The translations under genes were made by a program, and so were the position numbers. Shown here in pieces: positions 18,773 through 32,599 of a DNA stretch of 64,000 bases (position 1 is its first letter; the number at the start of each line of letters is the position of its first letter). The notes beneath the pieces are model-generated. The model was given only the letters and a program-made list of their open reading frames with translations, searched no databases and was not told the origin of the DNA. The DNA comes from Eledone cirrhosa (Eukaryota): contig OZ024741.1 of assembly GCA_964016885.1 (NCBI GenBank), positions 209,932,001 to 209,996,000 of the forward strand, written 5' to 3'.

Positions 18773-18824
18773 TAAAATCACATTCATGCACACACATATA
18801 TATATATATATATACAAAGCATAC

Positions 18825-18855
<31 letters not shown>

Positions 18856-18873
18856 CATAAATATATATATATA

Positions 18874-18941
<68 letters not shown>

Positions 18942-18972
18942 GGTATATATATATATGTATATTTAAAAAAAA

Positions 18973-19012
<40 letters not shown>

Positions 19013-19065
19013 CGTACATATATACATGTATATACATGTATATACATACACACATATATACATAG

Positions 19066-20099
19066 ATTTCATCATCTATATTAATGACATCACTGACATC
19101 ATCAAACACAGCAACATTAAAATTTTCGCTGAAGATTCCAAGCTCCAAAAGGTCATCAATGGCGTGGATGACCGGATAAGCCTTCAGTCAGACCTACTGG
19201 CTGTTACCCAATGGGCGGAAAAGAACAACATGTTACTGAACGAAGACAAATTCGAACTGATCCACTTTGGAAAAGAGGATGCTCTGAAACTCCCGTACTC
19301 CCTTCCCTCCGGGGAAACTCTCGTGGCATCTAACAACATCAGAGACTTGGGAGTAACATAAGAGTAACATTGGGAGTAACATCAAAGACTTGGTCAGCAA
19401 CATAAGCTGGGCCACGCATATAAGCAGCAAAGTTGACATGGCCCGCAGAATGTGTTCCTGGATCCTCAGAACCTTCCAGTCGAGAGATTCCCACACCATT
19501 ATCCTTCTCTTCTCTACTTTTGCCCGACCACACCTTGAATACTGTTGTCCACTGTGGTCTCCCCACACGAAACAAAGTATCATGAAACTTGAAGCTCCTC
19601 AAAGGGCAATCACGAAAAAGATAGATGGCATGTCAGACCTTGACTACTGGGGTCGACTAGAAAACCTGAAACTTTACTCACTCCAACGTCGCCGTGAGCG
19701 TTATATTATCTGCATGATGTGGAAAATGTTCCATCATCACTGCCCAAATGATGTTGGCATCGCCTTCAAGATACACCCAAGGCTTGGGCCCCGTGCTTAT
19801 CCGTCCCATACAAAAATCTAAATCGCAACTCATAACAACAATACGGCACAATTATTTCACCTCAACATCACACCAGGACACGTCAAAACAGAAACTGACC
19901 ACACAAAATTCAAGAAGTCTTTGGACAAATTCCTCCAAGTAATCCCGGACAAACCACCCACACCCGGATATGTCTCCGCAAACAGTAATTCTCTTCTCGA
20001 ATGGGCCATGGTGCCCAAATCCTGAATTGAAAGACTTCGCCAGGTGGTGCTATTAAGTTAGACATGGCCTGGGCCAATACTGGCCAAAACATTTCAAAG

Positions 20100-20100
<1 letters not shown>
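19066..20100 (+). mobile_element. 5'-truncated CR1-group LINE RT remnant with frameshifts
   Basis: FIIYINDI...IFAEDSKL...LQSDL...RDLGV / WATHI...RPHLEYCCPLWSP...LYSLQRRRERY. Confidence 0.85.
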
Positions 20101-20173
<73 letters not shown>

Positions 20174-20214
20174 CGAAGGAAATGTGGTTAAGGAACCGGG
20201 TGGACCATAACGCA

Positions 20215-20337
20215 CCAAAGTACTCAGTACTTAGGGTAGTAGATTGGGTAATAGGAAAGAGTAGGACCCCGACGGCTGAGCTGTCCAGAATTAGCCGTCG
20301 GAACGGCTTGAGCTCAGCCGTCCGGGTCCTACTCTTT

Positions 20338-20342
<5 letters not shown>
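20215..20342. repeat. GC-rich terminal hairpin element (hairpin 20251-20342); related copy at 59774-59931
   Basis: taggaaagagtaggacc.cgacggctgagct ... agctcagccgtc.gggtcctactctttccta; flanked by (TA)n. Confidence 0.75.
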
Positions 20343-20409
<67 letters not shown>

Positions 20410-20510
20410 GAGAGAGATATATATAATATATATCTTGCAACAATATTTCTAACTTTGGCAAATGCCTTGTATAATAAGAAAAATAAGAAAACAAAACTAA
20501 ACAACAAACG

Positions 20511-20547
<37 letters not shown>

Positions 20548-21210
20548 AAACAACAACAACACTAGCAACTACAACGACAATAACTTTATATCGTCCATCT
20601 TCGGTTTTTTTTATTGTCACGACAGAAACTTAAAAACTGCAGCTGCTTCTGTGAGTCGAGTTTAAAACAAGATTAAATTTAGTGATATAAGGAAAATTTA
20701 CCTCTAAATATGTTTATGATACAAACATTATCAGGAAATTGAACGAATTTTCACCATTCTAATTTATGTTTATGTACATGTGTTTATGATCTTTGTGCGT
20801 TGTTTCTTTTCTTGTATAGCTTTCTTCCATAAATATATTTAGGGGAGCATAGAGGAAAAAGTACATAAATTTTGTTGACAATGTTTTGTGTTAATAAAAC
20901 GTAGTGTGATATTGTGTAGACCGACCAAATACAATTTCAAAGACACTCCCCCACACCCAGCATAAAATGGAAAAAAAAAGTCATTTACAGGGTTGAAATT
21001 AAATATACCAGGGAAAGTAACTGGTGACGTTGGACAGCTTTTGTGTGGCATCAACAAGAACAAGAACAACAATAACTACGACTAGAACAACAACGATGAC
21101 TACAAAACAGCAACAACTAAAATAGTATTGTGGGTAACAACTATATAAAAAATCACTCATAACAACAACTGAGGACTTTATACATGTGTGCTCATGTGTG
21201 AGTATACATA

Positions 21211-21249
<39 letters not shown>

Positions 21250-21347
21250 ATATATCTATCTACATACATACACACACATATATATATATATATATGTATA
21301 TATATATGTATATATATATGTATACATATGTATATATATATATATGA

Positions 21348-21442
<95 letters not shown>

Positions 21443-21755
21443 ACATATATATATGTGTATGTATATATATGTAGGTATGTATATATGCGTATATAAATTT
21501 AAATATATACATATATATATATATATGTATATGAATATAAATATATATGTTTATACAATTGAATATATATATATATATATATGCAAAAGTTCTATTTAAA
21601 ATTGTTGGGATACAACAAGTAAATATTTTTATAACTGATATAAAGCACTCGACAAGTATTTGGAGTAGATATACGATATACCTAGGAAACCTAAGATCAA
21701 TATGAAGGATCACAAAAGAAACTTTGAGTATATATATATATATACATATATATAA

Positions 21756-21906
<151 letters not shown>

Positions 21907-21912
21907 TATATA

Positions 21913-22590
21913 AGAATAAACGTGCTGCGTGGTTGCATATGGTTTACATATGAATAAAGTTAGTCCTTCATCAGTGATCTTCCAACCATCATTGGTATTT
22001 CATCGCTTTAAAGACCATATACCTCCGGTTGGTGCGAGCAACGGCTAAAATAAGTCGTTGGGACACGTAAATAAAGGGGACACGAGAGTGTAAACAAACA
22101 AAGATGGTGAAGCAACGAAAAGTGAGGAAGAACGAGTAAAGTCCCAAATTTCCATGAATATAAGTTCGGTGAAATCGTGAACGAGAGAGAATAAAGACCA
22201 TCAAACGTGGTTGGAATATGAGCAAGGAAGGAATTCTGTACAGGTCTAACGGGAGGAAGAAGGAATCTAGTCTGCGAATTCGGTGAACATAAGTTCTGTG
22301 GAATCGTAGACGAGAGAGAGAAAAAAAGCGAACCAGCCTGACCAAGCGTGCGAAAGAAAAGAATTACGCACAGGTCAAACGGGAAGAAGGGGAGGAGGAG
22401 AGGTAGTAACAGAGAGTGAGTGAGTGAAGGGTGAGGAAGAGGCTAACAGAGAGAGTGACTGTTAGAAAGGGTAATGATACAGAGAAAGAGGAAGCAGTAA
22501 GAACGAAATAGACGAGTCACAGCGGGGGAAAAAATATGTGTAAACGCAGCACGTTTATTCTCATATTTACACATATTTTTTCCCCCGCTG

Positions 22591-22592
<2 letters not shown>
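21913..22592 (-). mobile_element. Non-coding repeat family F1 with a short terminal fold-back (22517-22592); homologous to 38701-39274
   Basis: Reverse complement matches 38701-39274 over most of its length; tcacagcgggggaaaaaatatgtgtaaa / tttacacatattttttcccccgctgtga inverted pair. Confidence 0.7.
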
Positions 22593-22667
<75 letters not shown>

Positions 22668-23063
22668 AATTAGTATATTTACTAACATATATATACAGAT
22701 GCATACCTATGCCAGCAAATATATATGTTTCGGATGCTAGCAAATATATATGTTTCGGATGCTAGTTCTTCATCAGAAGTTAGAATGAGTAATTAACGAA
22801 GAAATAGAAAGTTAGAGGAGAGTGGGCAGTAGCAGAAACGAATAAGATTTCTTAGAGAAAAAAACTATTGATACTGGCATTGTTGCATGAGAAAATCAGT
22901 TGGTCTAGTTTTAAAAGCGGCAATCGAACGCGTCTCGCTGAAAAGGAAAAAGTCATTTCGTATATAGAGCGTGTAATTGTGGGAGTGCATGTGTGTGTGT
23001 ATGTGTGCTTGTTATTTGTCCGTACGAAGCTAAGAGCATATGTGTGTGTATATATAAGTATAA

Positions 23064-23119
<56 letters not shown>

Positions 23120-23519
23120 ATGTGTGTGCATGTGTACATGTGTGTGCATGCGTGCATATGTATATATAAAATGAAAGGCGAAGACGAAGAAATTTGAGAC
23201 GAATAAAATGCAGCCTTCTATATCATTCTGTGCGGCCTTTTCAAAGAATATTTCCAACAAATTTTTAATTTTCATTGATATGTTTTTTGTCTATTTTTAA
23301 TTATTCTAAACAACAAAGCGTAAAAGAAAACTCAACGAAATAATCCATACTGACAACCAGAATTAAAAGATATAGTAGTATATTAGGGCCATTTCAGAAC
23401 TTTCTACTCTCATGTTTTAATTCTGATGTGATTCTGGAATGTACAAGGTTGTTAGCTTTAAAATTATGTTTTTCCATTTTTTAGATAATTAGTATATAGT
23501 AATTAGATTTTTACAAAAA

Positions 23520-23700
23520 AATTGTTTCTACTTTTGGCACAAGGCCAGCAATCATCCCAGTGTATTACTAGTACTTTATTTTTTCGACCACGTAAGGATG
23601 AAAGGCAAAGTTAACCTCGGGGGGATTTGAACTCAGACTATAAAGCGCCGTAACTCTTTGCTGCAAAGCATGGCGTTCGACCCTCTACCGATACTTCCAA
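23520..23700 (-). mobile_element. tRNA-derived SINE (octopus-type); copies at 41115-41210 (partial) and 59388-59580
   Basis: Reverse complement has a B box GAGTTCAAATCC followed by ccgaggttaactttgcctttcatcc...aaataaagtac; three copies in the window. Confidence 0.8.
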
Positions 23701-23854
23701 TGCCGCAGTAAATGTGAGGGTCACTGCTTCTGCAGCTGAACGGAATAAAACACCGGGAATTATCAAATAACTATTTTTCCGGCCTGTGCTTTTCGAGACG
23801 TTTGGTTTGAGCTGGGTCGCTAACAGCGAAGTTCTTGACATCGTTAACGGCTCG

Positions 23855-24365
23855 CCTTACCGAGGTGTCAGGTAATGCCCGTGAGAATGCTTGGTTGTTT
23901 CAGTGCCGTAGCCTAAACATCATCCAGCCCTACTGAGGTGTCAGGTAATGCCTGTGACGGTACTTGGTTGTTTCAGCATCTTAGCCTCACCATCATCCGG
24001 CCTTACCGAGGTGTCAGGTAATGCTTGTGAGGGTCCTTGGTTGCTTCAGCACCTTAGCCTCGCCATCACCCGGCTTTACCGAGGTATCAGGTGATGCCTG
24101 AGAGGGTCCTCGGTTGTTTCAGCGCCTTAGCCTCGCCATCACCGGCCTTAGCGAGGTGTCAGGTAATATCTGTGAGGGTCCTTGGTTGTGTCAGCGCCTT
24201 AGCCTCGCCATCACCCGTCCTTACCAAGGTGTCAGGTAATACCTCTGAGGACCCTTGGTTGTTTCAGCACCTTAGCCTCACCATCAACCGGCCTTATCAC
24301 GGTGTCAGGTGATGCCTGTGAAGGTACTTGGTTGTTTCAGCACCTTAGCCTCGCCATCATCCGAG
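23855..24365. repeat. 73-bp minisatellite, ~7 copies
   Basis: ccttaccgaggtgtcaggtaatgc...ccttagcctc.ccatcac.cgg starts at 23855, 23928, 24001, 24074, 24147... Confidence 0.9.
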
Positions 24366-24936
24366 GTAATACCGCGAGTGTGTTGGCTTGCCTACAAAAT
24401 TTCTGAGCAATTGACACACTTAGTGTTGAACTGACGTTTGTTTGTTCTTTGATTTCTTCTCTCGCTTTGATTATATATTTGTGTGTATTATATTTATAAG
24501 GTTCCTAGCAACAATTAATTATATTTATTATGTGTTTATATTTTCATTCAGTAAGAATTATAAACAATTTGTAATGTTATTTATACAACTGTGAGTTAAA
24601 TGTCAATTTACAGAATTTAGGAATATACTAGCAGAATAGCCCGCCGTTGCAGGGGATTCTAAACATAGATGGGCATGTTTATCCCTCCTTTCTGAAATAG
24701 TTTCGTCGTATGTTCACCAATTGATGCAGAAGTCCTAATAAAAAGTGAATCGCCTTGGGTGAATAGGTAAATCATTTTCCATTAAGATTTTTCAAAAGCA
24801 TGTAATTGCGTTCCCTCGCTTTTTTGTTGTTGTTTTTGCTGCTGTCGAGCCTCGTGAAATAAATACGTTTGTTTATATTTTGTTATTGTGTATGCAAAAA
24901 TATATGTACACGAATATATAATTATATATATATATA

Positions 24937-26556
24937 TAATATAAAATAAAAAGATGGTTAAGAGAGTTCCATGTATTTTATTATGCGCATTTCAAAAACA
25001 AATATCATCATGGAATGATATTTGCGTTCTCATCAGATAAAATAAGGAGACATGATATGAAGCTTAAAAAACACTTGCGAGCAGTGAAGTGTTAAATCAA
25101 CATATGAAAAATAAAATAAGATGGATATATGAGATTGGAAAAAAAGAAAGGAAGCGGGGGAAGGAAAAGGTAAGGAAGAGGGAGAAAGAATATAGATAGA
25201 AAAAAAAAATAATAAGGAAAGGATGACGGAGGAGGAGTATAAGAAGGAAGGATGAGACAGGAGGACAAAATGAGTGAGAGAGAGTGATGACCTTTAATAC
25301 TGAGAAACACTGTCTCACAGAGAAAAAAAAACCGTTGTAAGATAATACATAATTTAAAAAATTAAGAAATTAAAAGTTAATGAGGTTTATGAATGGTGAT
25401 GCTTATGAGTAAAGAAAAAGGAATTAAGAATACTATTTATTTAAGGTTTATATATTGAAGGGTTTAATAATACGTGCGAAAAGGAATTTATTAAAATGTA
25501 TTATTAAAATAAAAGATATTAAGAAGAGAAGGTGAATGAAGGTAAGGTTAAATGAATTATGAACTTAGAGGAATTAATTAGGGTCCAAGTTTGTTTCTAT
25601 ATATTGTAATAGGAAAAAGTAAGTAATAGATTTAATACGAGCACGGAAGGAGAGAAGAAAGAAAAAATTCAAGGAAGAAAAAATATGTTTACAAATTTCT
25701 CTAATGGTAATATTAGTATATATTAAAAACAAAAAATTGTATGGCCGAGAATATAAGGAAAATACTATAGTGAGTTATAAGATGAATTAAGAAGTAATTG
25801 AGAAGTAAAAGTTGCAGATTAAAGATTAGAAATTAAAAAAGAAGAAAATTAGGGGACCGCTAACGACATAGTATGAGTAATATTGTATAATATACTGAAA
25901 TAAGGTAGAAAGATGGGTATATTTGTAAAAAATATAAAAGCGTTTGAGAAAAAAAGATTTAAAACTAATTAGGTAGTAAGATATTAGCTGTATACTTTAT
26001 GGAATGTTCTATGGGATTTATGCAAGCAGAGCGAAAATAAATCCGTACGTCTATTTATTATAGAATTAAAATTAGAGATAATGGTAAATTTCTCCGCTAG
26101 GCAGAGATTACATGTTCTGGATAGGGAAGAATTAAGGGAAGGAGAGGCGTTGCAAACCTTTCTCCAAGAAATGTTGTAGTTAATATTTTTGTCCTTTTTG
26201 TCTCTCTCTCTCACTCATTTTCTCCTCCTCTCTCATCCTTCCTTCTTATACTCCTCCTCCGTCATCATTTCGTTATTATTAGATTTTTTTATTCTATCTA
26301 CATTCTTTCTTCCTCTTCCTTACCTTTTCGTTCCCCCCTTCCTTTCTTTTTTTCCAATCTCATATATCCATCTTATTTTATTTTTCATATGTTGATTTAA
26401 CACTTCACTGCTCGCAAGTTTTTTTTAAGCTTCATATCATGTCTCCCTATTTCATCAGATGAGAACGCAAATATCATCCCATGATGATATCTATTTTTGA
26501 AATGCGCATAATAAAATACATGGAACTCTTTTAACCATCTTTTGATTTTATATTAT
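24937..26556 (-). mobile_element. 5'-truncated Penelope-like (Naiad-type) element with an inverted pLTR
   Basis: 25984-26190 encodes a GIY-YIG C-terminus (ISWRKV...CNLCLAEKFTII...INRRTDLFSLCLH); arms 24937-25285 and 26200-26556 are inverted copies carrying an HHR. Confidence 0.8.
24974..25044 (-). ncRNA. Type I hammerhead ribozyme in PLE pLTR
   Basis: Reverse complement tattttat-CTGATGA-gaacgcaaatatcat..atgatatttgt-tttt-GAAA-tgcgca-TA-ataaaata; perfect 8-bp stem I; the inverted copy at 26448-26518 has CAGATGA. Confidence 0.8.
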
Positions 26557-26587
26557 CTATACTCCAGTCCTGTAAACTGTTGAGTGC

Positions 26588-26928
<341 letters not shown>

Positions 26929-27682
26929 TAACAGATTAAAGTTTAAGCAAAGAATCGATACTTTCACCCTTACGGGATCTTCTGAAACTAAAAAAATCAA
27001 TCTGTGAATGCAGAAGTAAATATTTCGCAAAACGTTAGACACTATATATATATACACACAGAATTTATATATACATATATACACACACAGATAGCGTCAT
27101 AATATCGTAATGCAGACATCCAGACATATGTTATAAGGGCGCGATGTCGTAGCTATGTATCTATCTAAAAAGACAGACTAAGAAAGAGAGAGAGATCATT
27201 AAATCGCCTAATGCGGTCCCTACGGCATTGAAAATTTGAAATATATTTTGTTCAAAACACTCACACGACCATAAGTATTACATGTGTAAAGTTTGAAAAA
27301 ACTCGGTTGGGTGGTTCTAGAGTTTTAGGGAGTCAGACAGACAGAGAGATAGACAGACAGACATTCTCTGTTTTAGATATATAGATAATTATGGTTTCTT
27401 GAATGTGGCTTTATTATATCACAAGTACCTTAATGCGGCCTTTCAACATGAAAAGTCCACCCCGCTCTGTTCCAGATGTTAATAGATATCCGTATTTTAA
27501 CTTTTCTCCTTTCTTCACTCAAAACCAAGATATGGTTTTCGACATGTGGATATTTGGGGTGGATTCGATCTACATTATTTTTTTATTTTTTCCTATTCTA
27601 CTTTTATTGTTATTACTTTAAACGTCGGTAGCTTAATCTCGACCGCACTTTGATAAGTTTGTAGTTACGTCTGTGGCAGTAG

Positions 27683-27876
27683 CAGACCTGCCAATTTGTA
27701 AAAACCCAAACGGGGGAGTACCATAAAAAAAGGGCCCCAAAATGGAGAGAAATGAGGCCAAATTGGGAAATTTGACATAATGAAAGCTATACCAATTTTC
27801 ACAAGAGAAGACATCTCTCACCCACACCAAAATGGGTGGGAGATCTCCCGTCGGACAGGGAGAGTTGACAGGTCTG
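27683..27876. mobile_element. MITE / non-autonomous DNA transposon
   Basis: TIRs CAGACCTGCCAA / TTGACAGGTCTG flanked by a 6-bp direct repeat CAGTAG. Confidence 0.7.
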
Positions 27877-28384
27877 CAGTAGAGATTTCCGGTGTCCTTG
27901 GCTACCGGACTACATCCCTACTCGCTGCTATCGGAGCGGAGGTGGCTACCCGCATGTGTGCGAGCCACACGAAGTTGTGTGGCTATTTCCAGCCCGCCTC
28001 CCTCGCTATCCTCCCGGTGCAATGTCTTCTCCACCTTCTCCCATGAGAAGAGGAGGAGAGACTGACCCTTAAGATTCGTTTAATGATGATGGCATGTTCA
28101 ATAAATTTACTTCATAGTATGTTTCTACTATGTAGGGCGTTCGCAGTTTTAAAACACCAGCAACTGACCCTTGGAAGACTTTAGCAGACTCTGCATTAAT
28201 GTAAGCTCTATGACCAGGTCTTCAGTCTGACGATAGCTTCCTTCCTTTCTTAGTCCAACCATTTACCAAGGTTACCCCCCCCCCCAAAAAAAAAAAAACT
28301 GTCACAGACGTTGTTCTTGCTCATCTGACTAAGTCACATATCTCTCTCTCTCACTCTCTCTATCTCCCCCCCCTCTCTCTCTCC

Positions 28385-28415
<31 letters not shown>

Positions 28416-28429
28416 TTATTTTTTGGTCG

Positions 28430-29095
28430 TTTTGGAGGCCTCAACAATGCAGATGGGTAAATCTCCAGGTTACAGAATTCTCCGGGTAACAGAATCCGGT
28501 GGTGAAGAGAGAGATGTAAGGGAATGTAGAATGAGATGTATAGTGTGTAGAGGAACGTAGGAAAAAGCGAAAAAATAAAAATAATAACACGAGATAGAGT
28601 TACCTTGGGAGAGATTTAATTGTCCCTATATTTCGGATTCGCATCCATGATGCGAATCCGAGATATAGGGACAATTAAATCTCTCACAAGGTAACTCTAA
28701 AGTTTAAGCGAAGAATCGCTACTTTCACCCTTATGGGATCTTCTGAAACTAAAAAAATCAATCTGTCAATGCAGAAGTAAATATTTCGAAAAGCCTTACG
28801 CACTATATATATATATATATACACACATTATATATACATATACACACACACAGATAGCGTCATAATGTCGTAATGCAGACAGCCAGACATATATTGGATG
28901 CGAATCCGAAATATAGGGACAATTAAATCTCTCCCAAGGTAACTCTATCTCGTGTTATTATTTTTATTTTTTACGCTCTTTCCTACGTTCCTCTACACAC
29001 TATACGTCTCATTCTACATTTCCTCTTACATCTCTCTCTTCACTACCGGATTCTGTTACACGGAGATTTACTCATCTGCATTGTTGAGGCTTCCA
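28430..29095. repeat. Nested inverted repeats enclosing a duplicate of Helitron-internal sequence
   Basis: Hairpin 28597-28698 (axis ~28647); 28896-29095 inverts 28430-28645; 28699-28890 duplicates 26939-27130. Confidence 0.75.
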
Positions 29096-29155
29096 AAAGC
29101 CCCCCCCCCCCAAGAAATCTTATTATTCCACAATGCTTCAAGCAAGCTTCAATAG

Positions 29156-29194
<39 letters not shown>

Positions 29195-29270
29195 ACGTTC
29201 ACCTTTTACCATTCAGTTGTGTATTCGTCATCGTTTCTCTCACTCCTTGCTTGAATAACTCTCTCTTCTG

Positions 29271-29312
<42 letters not shown>

Positions 29313-29318
<6 letters not shown>

Positions 29319-30216
29319 TTTACACATACACCAATTAAACAAAGTTAGAGGTTTATATGTGTTTTGGCAACTTTTCACGTTGTGGCTCAATGAAGAATTA
29401 ATAAATTAAACAATCAGAGCAAAATACTAGAGTAAAACATGTCCAGAGAATTATTTGATAATATATATACATCATCTCTATTCCCAATCACCATAATTAA
29501 CCACACAAAAAATCAATTAGACCAGGCTATAAGAATAAAAGGCATCTATGAAGAAATAGTAAATAAATATACCATTGCGGCGTCTTCGCGCACAACCGCT
29601 ATATAATATTTACCCAACATTTCAACAACACGTGGAAATTAATTAAATATACGGTCAACCATACATAATTAGGTAAAAATTAATGTTAGAAATGCTGATA
29701 TACATACCAGGATTAAATCACTAAATCCCGACCCTCAGGTTTCGCTCACTTTTGAGATACCTTATCAAGGAAATACTCGAGTGTTAGAGCTCTTCAGGGG
29801 ACACACTCGCTAGGACATATTATTTTCCGAAGTGCCCCCGCCAAACACGAATTCAAAATGGTTGAGAACTGTGACGTGGCAGTGGTCAAGTCAGGAAGGG
29901 TGTGATTAGTTGCTTACGGCGAGTGGGTTGGTTGCTAGAAAGTGCAGCCTAATATCGCCCAAATTTTATCTCAACCTTATGGGAGATTATTAAATATAAA
30001 AATATTTACACATACACCAATTAAACAAAGTCAGAGGTATATATGTGTTTTGGCAACTTTTCACGTTGTGGCTCAATGAAGAATTAATAAATTAAACAAT
30101 CAGAGCAAAATACTAGAGTAAAACATGTCCAGAGAATTATTTGATAATATATATACATCATCTCTATTCCTAATCACCATAATTAACCACACAAAAAATC
30201 AATTAGACCAGGCTAT
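29313..30216 (-). mobile_element. ~687-bp-unit repeat with ~218-bp terminal direct repeats and a degenerate HHR (29726-29772)
   Basis: 29313-29530 is nearly identical to 30000-30216; reverse complement ttcc-TTGATAA-..ctca aaag tgag c-GAAA-cctgaggg-TC-ggga. Confidence 0.6.
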
Positions 30217-30221
30217 ATATT

Positions 30222-30962
30222 ATGACCTTTTAAACTTATGTTTATAGCTCTGGTATCTTCATATCCATTGAGCGCTTGTCAACACAATTCGGAAGTTGCG
30301 TTTCGCTAATTCCTACCCGCCGAAATGCGATTCTCGCTAAATTTATATTTGTATTAATCTCCGAAGTCTAGCGATTAACCAGTTAATTTTTTTGTTTTCT
30401 TTTAGTTAATTCTATTGACTGATTAATCGCTTAAGTTTACTTTAAAAACCACTCGGTCGAGAGCTTAATTCGTTTTGTGCTATTTTTGCAAATTTTTGCA
30501 ATGACTACACATGCTGAATTCATTGGCCAAGACTAGGGATTTTCTCCCCTTAGAACCTCACATGTGCTTTCATACGCTGTGAGACTCTGGCGCATGAAGA
30601 ACAAAATGCCTGTTGAGAAAGTGATATCCTTGTTCGATCATTATACCAAAAGCTTATTATTCTTTATAAGCAGACAGTATTATTGATTTAGGTGTCGCAG
30701 AAACCTTATATCGGAGTATACCACCTTCCCCGAGGGTCCAGGTAAATATTTCAATCATATCTTATTTTGTTTGACCCGTTTAGCTTGTTCGCTCTTTTGG
30801 CTTAGATGGTTAATGGCTTCTTAACCATCGTCTCAGTTTTGTATGACCTTTTTAACTTATGTTTATAGCTCTGATATCTTCATATCCACGGAGCGTTTGT
30901 CCACACAATTCGGAAGTTGCGTTTCGCTAATTCCTACTCGCCGAAATGCGATTCTCGCTAAA

Positions 30963-30968
<6 letters not shown>
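30222..30968. mobile_element. ~620-bp-unit repeat with ~127-bp terminal direct repeats; inverted fragment at 60303-60515
   Basis: tatgaccttttaaacttatgtttatagctct...attctcgctaaatt at 30222 and 30842. Confidence 0.7.
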
Positions 30969-31027
<59 letters not shown>

Positions 31028-31235
31028 AAAAAGAGATGAAATCGAAAATGCAACTGGAGTCTTATTTTTAAAAAAAATATATATATTTATTTGGTTCCTT
31101 TACCGGTTTCGCAGTTCTTCTGCTTTTCAAAAGTAGAGTTGAGATGGAAGGTCTGTGGTTTTTCTCACATCTATTGGACGGTCTGTGGTTTTTCTACATA
31201 TTTATATATATATATACATATATATATATTTATAC

Positions 31236-31949
31236 TATATTTAGAGTTATAAACTCAAACAGTCTTTTACAATTAATTAGCTCAAAGAAAGAAGCATTTC
31301 TGAGCCGTGAAATACAAGTTAATATAAATTAATATGATAAACACTAATATAATCATATAAGTGTTTGTATTGTAAATGACCAAGTTAGCTAGATTGAAAA
31401 ATACTAAATTAGATTAATACAGTTTGCCTGTCTCGATTTAAAATAATAAATCAATAAAAACAAACCCATATTGGCAATAGCCGTGATACCTGGACAAATT
31501 TAAATTTCAAAATCCAAACCTGTTCCGTAGACAAATTTAAATTTCAAAACCCAAATAAGTTGCTGGAAAACCATGTGCGTTAACACTTGACTACCGGTCC
31601 TCCTAAATATTTTCGAGGTGAAACATGCCAAATTTCTGGATACCTGCCGATGACCACAGAAATTGGAATTTTTCACTTTTTTAAATTATCGTTGCGAAAC
31701 TTATTTGGGTTTTGAAATTTAAATTTGTCTACGGAACAGATTTGGATTTTGAAATTTAAATTTGTCCAGGTATCACGGCTATTGCCAATATGGGTTTGTT
31801 TTTATTGATTTATTATTTTAAATCGAGACAGGCAAACTGTATTAATCTAATTTAGTATTTTTCAATCTAGCTAACTTGGTCATTTACAATACAAACACTT
31901 CTATGATTATATTAGTGTTTATCATATATTAATTTATATTAACTTGTAT
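31236..31949. repeat. Fold-back element: ~250-bp near-perfect arms (31312-31561 / 31698-31949) plus a ~76-bp one-sided tail, in (TA)n
   Basis: Direct reverse-complement comparison. Confidence 0.85.
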
Positions 31950-32161
31950 ATATATTTATATATATATGTATATATTGAGAGAGAGAAAGGTAGATAGTTA
32001 GAACGACCTGATTATCTATCGAATTATTCATACAGCTACTCATCTAAATTTATATTTATCAATTTATTTCGATGTCTGACTTCGAACACACACACACGCA
32101 CACACGTACCCCCCCCCACGCACACACACATACACAACTCACAAAACACATATATATACAC

Positions 32162-32254
<93 letters not shown>

Positions 32255-32599
32255 TAAATAAATTAACAGGAGGCTGGGCTGGTGTAAATCCTTGAAAGGT
32301 TTATTATACTATGATCATTTCAATGACCGGGTTCCGTATGAATCCGGTGATACTATCAGGTATTCGAAATATAACAAAGGAACATAACAGATAAAATCCA
32401 TGGGTCCGAAAATAAAAGACAAAGAGGACGACTGACCAACTAGCTGCTTTCACCTCAGTCAGTCGCCCTCAAGTGATGGCTACTCGGTCTACTAATGCCC
32501 ATCTGATGTGGGGGCGAAGGCTTATAATGTACTACCACCTCTCCGTCAAAGAGAAAAAGAAGAAAGTAAGAAAGAAGAAAAGGTAGCGTAAGGGTCACG

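Noticed and set aside
22715-22780. Minus-strand CTGATGA...GAAA motif
   Set aside because: Disrupted by a 26-bp tandem duplication; stems not assignable
23855-24365. CRISPR-like array
   Set aside because: Whole units are homologous, with no unique spacers and no cas genes; eukaryotic context
28620-28675. Hammerhead in the 28.4-29.1 kb / 1.1 kb family
   Set aside because: ggat-gcga-atcc-GAAA is present but no NUH or stem I could be assigned
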